In this document: positions 18,920-28,241 of the stretch, piece by piece
Layout: the number at the start of each line of letters is the position of its first letter
How positions within the stretch are numbered: position 1 is the first letter of the stretch
Source of the DNA: Pseudomonadota bacterium
GTDB lineage: Bacteria; Pseudomonadota; Gammaproteobacteria; Steroidobacterales; Woeseiaceae
Reading direction: 5' to 3'
DNA length: 64,000 bases
NCBI GenBank assembly: GCA_022574185.1
Contig: JACZSM010000007.1
Span: 1,307 to 65,306 of the forward strand
Notes under the pieces: generated by a model
What the model was told of the DNA's origin: nothing
Databases searched by the model: none
Seen by the model: only the letters and a program-made list of their open reading frames with translations
Translations under genes and position numbers: made by a program

Positions 18920-20410
18920 CTAGTCGTACGCGTTCTCGACGTCAGGATACAACTCATCGAGCGGCATGGATCGGCCGTCGGCTTGCACGATACGGCAGTG
19001 ATAACGGCGTAGTCGACGCGGTTCAGCGACGCCGCAAGAGTGCGCGATGATGCCGATTTCTTTACGCATCGTGTCCGAAAAACGTTTGACGCGCTCAGCT
19101 TTGTCTGCCGGAACGAGGCCGCGCTGCAATTTCCGGTCGTGTGTCGTTACACCGGTTGGGCAGGTGTTCTTGTTGCATTGCAATGCCTGGATACAGCCGA
19201 GGGCGAACATGAAGCCGCGTGCAGAATTCACGAAATCGGCACCCATGCACAATGCCCAGGCAGCATCCGACGGATTGATCAGCTTGCCGCTTGCAACGAC
19301 CTTGATACGATCTCGAAGTCCATAGTGCATCAGTTTGTCGACGACCAGCGGCAGGCTTTCCTTGATCGGTAGGCCGACATTGTCGATAAGGCTCATCGGC
19401 GCGGCACCCGTTCCACCGTCGCCGCTGTCCACCGTGATGAAGTCGGGCGCGCTCTCGATGCCGCGTTGCCGAATAAGATTGAACAGATCATCGAGCCAGC
19501 CATAGGCACCAATCACGGCCTTGAAGCCCGTCGGCCGGCCGGACACATCGCGAATATGGTTAATCATGTCGAGCAAGTCTTCGGCAGAATTGATCTCGGG
19601 ATGCCGGTTGGGGCTGATCGAGTCTTCACCCTCAGGAATACCGCGAATCATCGCAATTTCCGCTGTAACCTTTGCGCCGGGCAAGATGCCGCCTTTACCT
19701 GGCTTGGCACCCTGGCTCAGCTTGAGCTCGATCATCTTGACCTGTGTGTTCGACGCGACGTCGCGCAGCTTCTGGTCGTCGATACTGCCATTCTCATCGC
19801 GCACACCGTACTTGGCGGTGCCGATCTGAAATACGATATCGGCGCCACCCTCGAGGTGCCAGGGTGAAACGCCACCTTCGCCTGTGTTGAGCCAAATTCC
19901 GGCCATGCGTGCGCCATTCGACAATGCCAGAACCGCGGGTTTTGATATCGCGCCATAACTCATCGCCGACACATTCAGAATGGACTTTGCTACATAGGGT
20001 TCACGCGCATAGGGGCCAATCGTTACAGGTTCGGTGGGCACCGCATCACATTCGAGCGTCGGGTATGGACAGTTGACGAATATTGCCGTGCCGGCGGGAT
20101 TCAGATTCAGGGTCGAACCGAAAGCGACCACATTGTCGACACCTTTCGCGGCGCGATACACCCAGGAGCGCTGCGCGCGGTTAAAAGGCATCTCCTCGCG
20201 GTCGAGGGCAAAGAAGTACTGACGAAAAAATTCACCCAGGTGTTCAAAAAGGTTGCGAAAGCGCCCGACGACTGGGAAGTTGCGCCGGATCGTGTCCTTC
20301 GTCTGCGTGACGTCAATGATATACGTGACGACGATCGTCAGGATTGTGACGCCGGCCGCCAAAACGAGCAGGTTCGTCAGTACCTGCAGGACTGAGAACG
20401 TATTATCCAT
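18920..20410 (-). CDS. FMN-binding glutamate synthase domain-2-like protein with N-terminal TM anchor
   Basis: 496 aa with the N-terminal helix LVLAAGVTILTIVVTYIID. GltB FMN-domain-like motifs are GEGG, KLSQGAKPGKGG and VDSGDGGTGAAP. Confidence 0.75.
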   Translation of the reverse strand: MDNTFSVLQVLTNLLVLAAGVTILTIVVTYIIDVTQTKDTIRRNFPVVGRFRNLFEHLGEFFRQYFFALDREEMPFNRAQRSWVYRAAKGVDNVVAFGSTLNLNPAGTAIFVNCPYPTLECDAVPTEPVTIGPYAREPYVAKSILNVSAMSYGAISKPAVLALSNGARMAGIWLNTGEGGVSPWHLEGGADIVFQIGTAKYGVRDENGSIDDQKLRDVASNTQVKMIELKLSQGAKPGKGGILPGAKVTAEIAMIRGIPEGEDSISPNRHPEINSAEDLLDMINHIRDVSGRPTGFKAVIGAYGWLDDLFNLIRQRGIESAPDFITVDSGDGGTGAAPMSLIDNVGLPIKESLPLVVDKLMHYGLRDRIKVVASGKLINPSDAAWALCMGADFVNSARGFMFALGCIQALQCNKNTCPTGVTTHDRKLQRGLVPADKAERVKRFSDTMRKEIGIIAHSCGVAEPRRLRRYHCRIVQADGRSMPLDELYPDVENAYD

Positions 20411-20421
20411 GGCTACCGGCC

Positions 20422-20928
20422 TTACTTCAGGAAACGTCTGGCGACAATGCTGTCCGCGCTTAGTTTACCAGCACCGGCAACGACCAACGGTATCAGCATT
20501 GCGATGAATAGCAGCGGCACGCGGTAGTTGCCGGAGCCGTCTTTCGGCGTTATACGATAGCCTTCCCACAACTCACCCAGGCTGCTCCATTCTGCGGGCC
20601 AGTGCACGCCCGAGATGGCGACGATGCTGATGATGATCAGCGTGAATGCCCAGAACCGTGTGAACAGGCCCAGCAGCAGTCCTGCAGAGCCGAGTATTTC
20701 GAACCAGGTCGCCATAAACCAGCTGACGTCGACCGGAATCACGTTGAACGGAAATATAAAGTTGTCCTGAACATTGCCGAACCAGTTCTGTCCGTTGAAT
20801 TTACCTATTCCGGCTTTGCCGAATTCCCAAGCCATCAGCAAGCGAATCAGTAGCAGGCCGGCGCCGTAGTTTGCGGCGCAGTCCAGCCAGTCGGTAATGC
20901 GCTTGTAGTATGCAAGCAGCTTATTCAT
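20422..20928 (-). CDS. DoxX family membrane protein (HvfX-like position)
   Basis: 168 aa with 4 TM helices. It lies 12 nt after the DUF2063 gene. This arrangement is typical of MNIO/DUF2063/DoxX RiPP-type clusters. Confidence 0.65.
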   Translation of the reverse strand: MNKLLAYYKRITDWLDCAANYGAGLLLIRLLMAWEFGKAGIGKFNGQNWFGNVQDNFIFPFNVIPVDVSWFMATWFEILGSAGLLLGLFTRFWAFTLIIISIVAISGVHWPAEWSSLGELWEGYRITPKDGSGNYRVPLLFIAMLIPLVVAGAGKLSADSIVARRFLK

Positions 20929-20940
20929 CGTCGTGCTCCA

Positions 20941-21714
20941 TTAGTTTGGCGCTCTTGTGCCAGTCAGAATTTCCAGTTGTCGCATTTCTTTGAGTAGTGT
21001 TGCGCCATGCCTGAGTAATGAATCGACAGCGGCGTATTCGATCTTCGCGGCCAGTTCAAACAGCAGGGCCTCGCCAGACAGATTCTTATCGTTGCTCGCG
21101 ATAGAGTCGAGCAGCTGCGCCGTCATGGTATTCAGCTCGAGAAAGCCGACTTTGTCATCGTCGCCACGATACACCGCGAGAAAGATGGGCTGCGCTTCGG
21201 GCGCCTGAGGCAAAAATCCCGGCGAAATTCGGTGCACAGGATATTGATACGAATACACCCAGGTCAGAACAGACTTTACCGGCACGTTAGCCAGCAGGTC
21301 GCCGTCCGGATCGACTCCTTGTAAATCGTTCGAGTCCTCCGAAATCGACAACGCTATCTCAATGTATTCGTAGTGCGCGAGTTCGATCAGAAACGGAAAG
21401 TCGTCATCGCGCAATTCGTACTCGTTTTGCAGAAAGTCGAGAAATTCTCGCGGTAATTGCAGGAAATACGGCGTTTTGGCTCTGTGTTTTTGCATGAACA
21501 AGCGAATCATGCGGTTCCACTTCGCGGTTGAATGTAGCTTCTTCAGCACCGGAAACATGGTCGCGAGCAGGCTGCGCAGGTTGTTGAAGAACAGTTCGCG
21601 ATAAATGGCCATGCGTCGATCTTCGATGCCGGCGGGCGCCGGTGCGTTTTTCGGATCGCGAATGTGTGCGGCAAAAGCGAACTGTTTTTTCTGAAAATCA
21701 AGTTGCTCAGCCAT
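20941..21714 (-). CDS. DUF2063 family protein (HvfC/BufC-like RiPP partner protein)
   Basis: N-terminal pattern [14 protein letters not shown]...[31 protein letters not shown]...W. The start is trimmed to ATG 21714, overlapping the upstream stop by 8 nt. Confidence 0.7.
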   Translation of the reverse strand: MAEQLDFQKKQFAFAAHIRDPKNAPAPAGIEDRRMAIYRELFFNNLRSLLATMFPVLKKLHSTAKWNRMIRLFMQKHRAKTPYFLQLPREFLDFLQNEYELRDDDFPFLIELAHYEYIEIALSISEDSNDLQGVDPDGDLLANVPVKSVLTWVYSYQYPVHRISPGFLPQAPEAQPIFLAVYRGDDDKVGFLELNTMTAQLLDSIASNDKNLSGEALLFELAAKIEYAAVDSLLRHGATLLKEMRQLEILTGTRAPN

Positions 21715-22561
21715 TGACGGCCTCCGGTTGCCTGGCGTCACGTTGCAATTCGCGAATGTGGCTGAGCTCGTCGAGTAATTCCGCGACTGGTGGAAAATTG
21801 AAATCGCGCTCGAGCAATGTGGGAACCGGCCCGAAATGCGCGTAAGCGTCAGCGAGCAAGTTCCAGCTCTGCTCGTCGACAGCGGCGCCGTGTGTATCTA
21901 CCCGCAAGTCCGGAGCCTCGACGTAATGGCCAGCCTGGTGAAAGTAGCGAATTCGGTCGGCGGGCATTCTGACCATGAATTCATGCGCGTCATAGCCGTG
22001 GTTGATGCTGTTGACGATGATGTTGTTGATGTCGAGCATCAGGTCGCAGTCGGCTTCCTGCAGAACCGCAAGGAGAAAATCAATCTCGCTCATTGATGCG
22101 TCAGTTGGCGCGTAGTACGAGACGTTTTCCAATGCGATGCGCTGCTCGAGGATGTCCTGCACCCGCCTGACACGAGCGGCGACATACTTGACGGCTTCTT
22201 CGGTAAAAGGAATCGGCATTAAGTCATACAGGTGTCCATCATCCCCGCAATAACTCAAATGTTCCGAGTACATAAGGATATTGTGCGCGGCCATGAATGC
22301 CTTGATGTCACGCACGAGTTGCTCGTCGAGAGGTACAGGGGCGCCGATCGAGAGCGACAGGCCGTGAATCAGGAATGGATATCGTTCGGTGAAGTAGCGA
22401 AGTTTCTTGCCAAGAGCGCCGCCGACATGAATCCAGTTCTCAGGGGCAATCTCCATGAAATCGATTTTGCCCTGGGGAATGTCTTGCAGCTTGTCGGCCA
22501 GCGGCCGGCGCAGGCCAAGGCCGGCGCCGCTTACCGGGTATTGCGGGTCTGAGTCACTCAT
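21707..22561 (-). CDS. DUF692 / MNIO family (multinuclear non-heme iron oxidase) protein
   Basis: Pattern GAGLGLRRP...FMEIAPENW...IHGLSLSIG...SEHLSYC...ALENVSYY...DINNI...YFHQAGH...VDTHG...LLERD. The start is trimmed to ATG 22561; the track extension overlaps nth. Confidence 0.8.
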   Translation of the reverse strand: MSDSDPQYPVSGAGLGLRRPLADKLQDIPQGKIDFMEIAPENWIHVGGALGKKLRYFTERYPFLIHGLSLSIGAPVPLDEQLVRDIKAFMAAHNILMYSEHLSYCGDDGHLYDLMPIPFTEEAVKYVAARVRRVQDILEQRIALENVSYYAPTDASMSEIDFLLAVLQEADCDLMLDINNIIVNSINHGYDAHEFMVRMPADRIRYFHQAGHYVEAPDLRVDTHGAAVDEQSWNLLADAYAHFGPVPTLLERDFNFPPVAELLDELSHIRELQRDARQPEAVNG

Positions 22562-22604
22562 ACAGCACAAGACCTTATCGGGGCCGCGATTATTACATTG
22601 CAGA

Positions 22605-23240
22605 TCATGACAGTTCTTTACGCCGGTATTCGCACCATTCGATGATTTTGCATTCGCCGCACAGCGGTTTTCGCGCCTTGCAGACATAGCGCCCGTGCAG
22701 GAGCAACCAGTGATGTGCGTTTTTCTTGAATTCGTCAGGCGTGAAGCGAGTCAGGCGCTCTTCGACGGCCAGCGGTGTCTTGCCAGTCGCCATGCCGGTG
22801 CGATTGGAGACGCGGAAAATGTGGGTGTCCACAGCGATCGTCGGTTGGCCGAAGGCCGTGTTGAGTATGACGTTGGCGGTCTTGCGGCCAACGCCTGGCA
22901 GTCCCTCGAGTTCCTCACGAGTTTGTGGCACCTCACTGTCGTATGCATTGATCAGAATTCTGCAGGTCTTGATGATGTTTTCAGCTTTGCTGTTATACAG
23001 GCCGATCGTGCGGATGTAGGGCAATAGTCCCTCGACACCGAGTTCAAGAATGGCCACCGGTGTATTCGCAACAGGATACAGTTTGTCGGTTGCCTTGTTG
23101 ACGCTGATATCGGTGGCTTGTGCGGAGAGGACCACGGCCACGAGCAACTCGAACGGGCTGTCATAGCGGAGTTCGGTGTCCGGATTCGGGTCGAGCGCAC
23201 GCAGCATGGCGTATATTTTCGTGCGTTTGTCCCTGTTCAC
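22605..23240 (-). CDS. nth: Endonuclease III
   Basis: 211 aa, HhH-GPD motif [11 protein letters not shown], and a C-terminal 4Fe-4S loop [17 protein letters not shown]. It directly follows rnfE as in E. coli. Confidence 0.95.
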   Translation of the reverse strand: MNRDKRTKIYAMLRALDPNPDTELRYDSPFELLVAVVLSAQATDISVNKATDKLYPVANTPVAILELGVEGLLPYIRTIGLYNSKAENIIKTCRILINAYDSEVPQTREELEGLPGVGRKTANVILNTAFGQPTIAVDTHIFRVSNRTGMATGKTPLAVEERLTRFTPDEFKKNAHHWLLLHGRYVCKARKPLCGECKIIEWCEYRRKELS

Positions 23241-23926
23241 GATCGCGGATGGTCGGATGGGCGCAGCTTGCGTGACATTGTGCGGCGACGTGATATGCGT
23301 CGTTTGCCGTCAATCGCATTTTTAGCAGCGACGGCGAGCGCCAGGCTGAAGAAAGCGCCGGGTGGCAAAACAGCGATCAGGAATCCGCTGTCCGCGAACG
23401 AGAATCCGCTGAAAGGCTCGCCGCCGGTGATCAGGTCGAGCCCTGCAAGGATCGAGGCCTGGCCAAGCAATTCGCGAAAGGCGCCAATGGCCATGAGTAG
23501 TAATGCGAATCCCGCGCCCATGCCAATACCGTCGACGAGGCTGGCGCCGATCGGATTGCGTGACGCGAATACCTCAGCGCGCGCGACGATCGCGCAATTG
23601 GTCACGATCAGCGGGATGAATATGCCGAGCGAACGATCCAGTGTCGGGAACCAGGCTTTGAACATCAGTTCGATGCAGGTGACGAGGCTCGCGATGATTA
23701 CCACGTAGATCGGCAGGCGAATTTCATGCAGTATCCAGCGCCGTGTTGCGGACACGAGTCCGTTCGATAACGTCAGCACGACCATTGTCGCGATACCGAG
23801 CCCGAGCCCGTTTACCAGTGACGTGGTGACGGCGAGCAAAGGACACAGTCCAAGCAACTGCACGAGACCCGGATTTTCCTTCCACAATCCGTTTTGCAGA
23901 CGCTCCATCAATCCGCCCGATGTCAT
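23237..23926 (-). CDS. rnfE: Rnf electron transport complex subunit E
   Basis: Polytopic membrane protein, an RnfA/E paralog (LLGLCPLLAVTTS, ATNCAIV-type motif IVTNCAIVARAE). It occupies the last position of the rnf operon. Confidence 0.9.
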   Translation of the reverse strand: MTSGGLMERLQNGLWKENPGLVQLLGLCPLLAVTTSLVNGLGLGIATMVVLTLSNGLVSATRRWILHEIRLPIYVVIIASLVTCIELMFKAWFPTLDRSLGIFIPLIVTNCAIVARAEVFASRNPIGASLVDGIGMGAGFALLLMAIGAFRELLGQASILAGLDLITGGEPFSGFSFADSGFLIAVLPPGAFFSLALAVAAKNAIDGKRRISRRRTMSRKLRPSDHPRS

Positions 23927-24561
23927 CGTTTATCCTCGGTCGATGGTAGAGAGAATATCTCGTCACGGTGCGCTTCGTAGTAAATCAGCGTGTCCCGCAT
24001 CGCCTTGACGACGGCGCGCGGCGTAATCGAAGCACCTGTCAATTGATCGAATTCGCCACCATCACCACGGATAGCCCAACCGCTCACATCGGGATCGCCA
24101 ATCGATCTTCCATCGAACTGATATACCCAATCGGATCGTGCAGATACGATCTTGTCACCCAGTCCGGGCGTCTCACGATGCTGCAATATACGCAGGCCCG
24201 TAACCACCCCGTCAAAATCCACACCGAGCAAAATTCGGATCGGCCCCGAAAATCCATTGCGCGCCGTTACTGCGAATAAAGCAGCAACGGGTTGCTCATC
24301 GAAGTATACGCGGTAGATCAGAGCTTCATCCGACCCCGGTAATTCATGCGGTGACGAAATAACGAGTCTGGATTCGCTGACTTCGGTGTCATAGATGACG
24401 CCGGCAAGTGCCGGCTGCAAACTTTTTTCAAGCCACGCTTTCTCGTTCGCCGCGATACGCTCGGTCGTCAGTTCGTAAGTTGCCGCAACCAGCGCCGTGC
24501 AGATTGCCGCTATCAACGCCAGGGTTGTGCCGCTCCTGATGACGGATTGCGCCGCTCTCAT
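23923..24561 (-). CDS. rnfG: Rnf complex subunit G (FMN-binding)
   Basis: N-terminal TM helix and the FMN attachment-type motif DQLTGASITPRAV. It has 4-nt overlaps with both neighbours. Confidence 0.9.
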   Translation of the reverse strand: MRAAQSVIRSGTTLALIAAICTALVAATYELTTERIAANEKAWLEKSLQPALAGVIYDTEVSESRLVISSPHELPGSDEALIYRVYFDEQPVAALFAVTARNGFSGPIRILLGVDFDGVVTGLRILQHRETPGLGDKIVSARSDWVYQFDGRSIGDPDVSGWAIRGDGGEFDQLTGASITPRAVVKAMRDTLIYYEAHRDEIFSLPSTEDKR

Positions 24562-25610
24562 TGACGTTGCCCACGTCGCGGGTGACCAACGATATGCGGG
24601 CGGGTCACATAATCAATCGCCGGTGTTGCCATGTTCATCAATACTACGGCGAACGCGACACCGTCGGCGTAGGAGCCCCATTGGCGGATTGAGAAAATCA
24701 AGAAGCCGATTCCTGCGCCGTAGACAAGGCGACCTTTAGGGCTTGTCGCGGCCGATACGGGATCGGTCGCTATGAAGAAAGCGCACAGAATTGTCGCGCC
24801 GGAAAAAAGATGAAAGCCCGGGCCGGCATTGGCGCTTGAATCTATTGCGTACATCACAGTCATCGGGATCAGCAGGCCGGCGAATACGCCAACCGGTATA
24901 TGCCAGCGTATGATTTTTTTAATCAGCAACCAGATGCCGCCGGCCAGCGTGAGGTTTCCAATCCACTCCCAACCACGGCCACCGAAATTACCCATGATCG
25001 GATTGGCCCAGATTTCGCTAAACGTATGCATGGTTCGAAGTCCTGCTTGCATCGCATCGAGTGGCGTTGCACGACTGATTGCGTCGAATGTAAGCGTTTC
25101 GGGTAAGGCTCCGGTCAGGGTGTAGGCAATGGTTTGCAGTAGCGTCAGGTACTGATAATCGATGTCACCCATGTGCGGTGCGACCCACAGGTTGAGATCC
25201 ATAGGAAAAGCGATCAGGACCACGATGTAGCCAACCATGGCCGGGTTGAATACGTTGAAGCCCAAACCTCCGTACATGTGCTTTGCGATCACAATTGCGA
25301 ACAAGGAACCCGTTGCTGTCACCCACCATGGCGTTAGTGATGGCAACGCGAATGTAAGCAACACAGCTGTGACCAGCGCACTGTAGTCGGAGATCGTCGC
25401 CAATGGCGGGCGACCCCGCAACCGCATCACCAACGCTTCGCCACCGACGCAAAATATCGCTGCAATGATCAGGTTGCAGAGAAAACCCGGACCGAAATAC
25501 CAGACATGCGCAAGCGCGGCTGGAATCAACGCCACCAGCACCTGCAACATCATCGACGACACATTGGCCTTGGGTGCTATGTACGGAGCTTCTCGTCTGA
25601 CGAATTCCAC
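24558..25610 (-). CDS. rnfD: Rnf complex subunit D
   Basis: 350-aa polytopic membrane protein with the motif SRATPLD and NqrB/RnfD-like composition. Confidence 0.9.
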   Translation of the reverse strand: MEFVRREAPYIAPKANVSSMMLQVLVALIPAALAHVWYFGPGFLCNLIIAAIFCVGGEALVMRLRGRPPLATISDYSALVTAVLLTFALPSLTPWWVTATGSLFAIVIAKHMYGGLGFNVFNPAMVGYIVVLIAFPMDLNLWVAPHMGDIDYQYLTLLQTIAYTLTGALPETLTFDAISRATPLDAMQAGLRTMHTFSEIWANPIMGNFGGRGWEWIGNLTLAGGIWLLIKKIIRWHIPVGVFAGLLIPMTVMYAIDSSANAGPGFHLFSGATILCAFFIATDPVSAATSPKGRLVYGAGIGFLIFSIRQWGSYADGVAFAVVLMNMATPAIDYVTRPHIVGHPRRGQRQ

Positions 25611-25612
25611 GC

Positions 25613-27133
25613 TCAGTCCTCGTCCTTTGCCTGCTGCTTGCGCTTGAGAATTGCGGCGATCGCCTCAGGACCAGCCTGTCGCGCCGTTTCTTTCTGTCGA
25701 GACAGTTCGTCGTCGCGCGCCTTCTGTTGTTTTTCAAGGCGCTCGTTGCGCGCCTCAAAACGCAACCGGGCGCGCTCAGCCCGAGCTTTCTCATCGGCCA
25801 TTTCGCGATATCGGGCTTTGGCCATTCGAAAATCGAAGGTTAACGGGATGTGACTCGGGCAAACAAGGTCGCAACAGCCGCACTCAATGCAATCAGTCAG
25901 ACCGTATGAGCGAATTTTTGCCTCCTCGTCGGCACAGGCATACCAGAACAGCTGCTGCGGCAGCAATTGTACGGGACATACGGCGGCACAGTTGCCACAT
26001 CGAATGCACGGCATCTCCGGTCCCAACGCTGGGTCTTGCGACAATACGAGTATGCAATTCGTCGCTTTCACGATGGGTACTCGATCGGTGGTGACTGTTT
26101 TCCCCGTCATCGGCCCACCGATAATCAGTTGCTCGGCACGATCAGTGTAGCCGCCGACGAAATTGACGACATCGGCAACAGTTGTACCAATTCGCACGTC
26201 GAGGTTCATCGGTTGCGCGATCCCATCACCGGTTATTGTTGTAACTCGCGCTATCAGCGGTTCGTGATTGATAATCCAATCGTAGATAGCGGCGGTTGTG
26301 CCGACGTTCTGGACCAGGCAGCCGACGTCGGTCGGCAGCCCGCCGCTAGGAACTTCAAGATTGGTGACGAGTTGGACAAGTTGATCCTCGCCGCCCGACG
26401 GGTAGATCGATGGTACTTGCTTGAGTACGAGGCGGTCGTCGCTTACTTCGGCCAGGACGTCAGCGATTGCATGGATAGCTTCGGGTTTGTCGCTCTCGAC
26501 AACGATGTAACCTGAATCAAGTTCCAGCGCGTGTAACAATATCTGTGCACCGCCGACAATTTCTCGTGCGTACTCGCGCATCAGGGCGTCATCGCAACTG
26601 ATGTATGGCTCGCACTCGACACCGTTCAGGATCAGGTATTTGAGCTCGCAGGTCACGGCCTGCATGAGCTTTTGCGCGGTCGGAAACACGGCGCCGCCAA
26701 GCCCTACGATGCCGCCCTGAAGTATTTGCGTCAGCACCACGTCCGGCGGCAGCGTGTCATATGCCGGAGGAATTTCCGCACGCTCGATGTGCCGATCCTC
26801 ACCATCACATTCAATGACGATACAGGGAGCGTTTTCGCCGTAACGTCGCGACACAGGCCAGGGTTCGATCGCGACAATCTTGCCCGACGACGAGGCATGC
26901 ACGGGCGCGCCCAACGCGCCATCGGGTTCTGCGATCAATTGCCCCTTGAGAACACGTTCACCGATGCCGACGACTGGCTGCGCCGGATCGCCCACATGCT
27001 GGGCAATCGGCAGTACCAGCTGCGCCGGGACTGGAACTTTGCGAATCGCTTGCGCGGTCGAGGCAGACTTATTCGCTTGCAGGCGCAGACCACCATGCAG
27101 CTTACCAAGATCATAAGTTGGTGCCGCGCTCAT
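25613..27133 (-). CDS. rnfC: Rnf complex subunit C
   Basis: GLGGAVFPT nucleotide-binding motif, two ferredoxin motifs CIRCGNCAAVCP and CIECGCCDLVCP, and a charged Lys/Glu/Ala-rich tail. Confidence 0.9.
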   Translation of the reverse strand: MSAAPTYDLGKLHGGLRLQANKSASTAQAIRKVPVPAQLVLPIAQHVGDPAQPVVGIGERVLKGQLIAEPDGALGAPVHASSSGKIVAIEPWPVSRRYGENAPCIVIECDGEDRHIERAEIPPAYDTLPPDVVLTQILQGGIVGLGGAVFPTAQKLMQAVTCELKYLILNGVECEPYISCDDALMREYAREIVGGAQILLHALELDSGYIVVESDKPEAIHAIADVLAEVSDDRLVLKQVPSIYPSGGEDQLVQLVTNLEVPSGGLPTDVGCLVQNVGTTAAIYDWIINHEPLIARVTTITGDGIAQPMNLDVRIGTTVADVVNFVGGYTDRAEQLIIGGPMTGKTVTTDRVPIVKATNCILVLSQDPALGPEMPCIRCGNCAAVCPVQLLPQQLFWYACADEEAKIRSYGLTDCIECGCCDLVCPSHIPLTFDFRMAKARYREMADEKARAERARLRFEARNERLEKQQKARDDELSRQKETARQAGPEAIAAILKRKQQAKDED

Positions 27134-27618
27134 GCCGAACTCTGCATACTGATGCAGTCAACAGGGCAGCGTATCACGCAGAGCTCGCATCCTGTGCACT
27201 CGGACTCGATGATTGTGTGCATCAATTGATGCGCGCCGACGATTGCGTCGACAGGGCAGGCTGTGCGGCAATGCGTGCAGCCGATGCAACGTGATTCATC
27301 AATCACGGCGACAATTTGACCGTGCATGGCCTCTTCGGCGAGCGGCACGATGTTCTTGCCAAGCAGGTCAGCAAGACGTCGTACGGTATTGTCGCCACCG
27401 GGCGGGCAAAGATTAATTGGAGCGTCGTCTTCAATAATCGCAGCTGCGTAAGGCCGACAGCCTGGAAATCCGCATTGCGCACATTGAGTTTGCGGCAGTA
27501 GCGCATTGACCTGTTCAACGAGTCCGTCAGATTCGGACGGTAGAGAGCGACTTGCGTAGCTCAGCGCCAGGCCGGCAAGCAAGGCGATTAATGCAATGGT
27601 CACGATGGCGGTGGTCAC
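27130..27618 (-). CDS. rnfB: Rnf complex subunit B
   Basis: N-terminal TM helix, CAQCGFPGC motif, and two 4Fe-4S motifs [12 protein letters not shown] and [12 protein letters not shown]. Confidence 0.9.
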   Translation of the reverse strand: MTTAIVTIALIALLAGLALSYASRSLPSESDGLVEQVNALLPQTQCAQCGFPGCRPYAAAIIEDDAPINLCPPGGDNTVRRLADLLGKNIVPLAEEAMHGQIVAVIDESRCIGCTHCRTACPVDAIVGAHQLMHTIIESECTGCELCVIRCPVDCISMQSSA

Positions 27619-28196
27619 GGCCGGGCCATGCCCGAAAAACCCATAAATGCCAGTGACATGATGCCGGCCGTCATAAGCGCGAGCGCCGTACCGCGAAAGG
27701 GCGCCGGGATATCGGCAGCATCAAGGCGTTCGCGAATCGTAGCGAACATGACGAGTACAAGCGCGAAGCCGGCAGACGCTCCGACACCGAAAAACACCGA
27801 CTCCACGAAACCCTTCGATTGCTGCACGTTCAGGAGTGCAACGCCCAATACGGCACAATTGGTCGCGATCAACGGGATAAAAATGCCGAGCACTTGGTGT
27901 AATAAGGGACTCAGACGTCGCACCATGATTTCGGTGAATTGCACGCTGGCCGCGATGACCAGGATGAAACTGATCGTCCGCAGATACTCGAGGTCGAGTG
28001 GCACAAGCAAATACTCGTGCAGCAAGTAAGCGCTGGCGGATGACAGCGTCAGCACAAAGGCCGTCGCGAGCGACATGCCCATCGTGGCCTCGAGGTTGCG
28101 TGATACGCCTAAAAATGGGCACAGGCCGAGGAATCTCACCAACACGAAATTATTGACGAGGACCGTAGCGATCAGAATGACGATGAGCTCTGTCAT
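27615..28196 (-). CDS. rnfA: Rnf complex subunit A
   Basis: 193-aa, 6-TM protein with [11 protein letters not shown] and [12 protein letters not shown] motifs. It is the first gene of the rnf operon. Confidence 0.9.
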   Translation of the reverse strand: MTELIVILIATVLVNNFVLVRFLGLCPFLGVSRNLEATMGMSLATAFVLTLSSASAYLLHEYLLVPLDLEYLRTISFILVIAASVQFTEIMVRRLSPLLHQVLGIFIPLIATNCAVLGVALLNVQQSKGFVESVFFGVGASAGFALVLVMFATIRERLDAADIPAPFRGTALALMTAGIMSLAFMGFSGMARP

Positions 28197-28241
28197 ATCA
28201 GGGCCGTATTGTAAGCGGTCTCTATACTCTCGTCGCGATGT

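Noticed and set aside
22562-22687. In-frame 42-codon, Cys-containing N-terminal extension of the MNIO ORF ([14 protein letters not shown]...CHDLQCNN...VLCC), which could be imagined as a fused RiPP precursor.
   Set aside because: It overlaps the well-conserved 3-prime end of nth in another frame. It has no signal peptide or ribosome-binding context. The MNIO family N-terminus begins at the internal ATG 22561. It is most likely a frame artefact.
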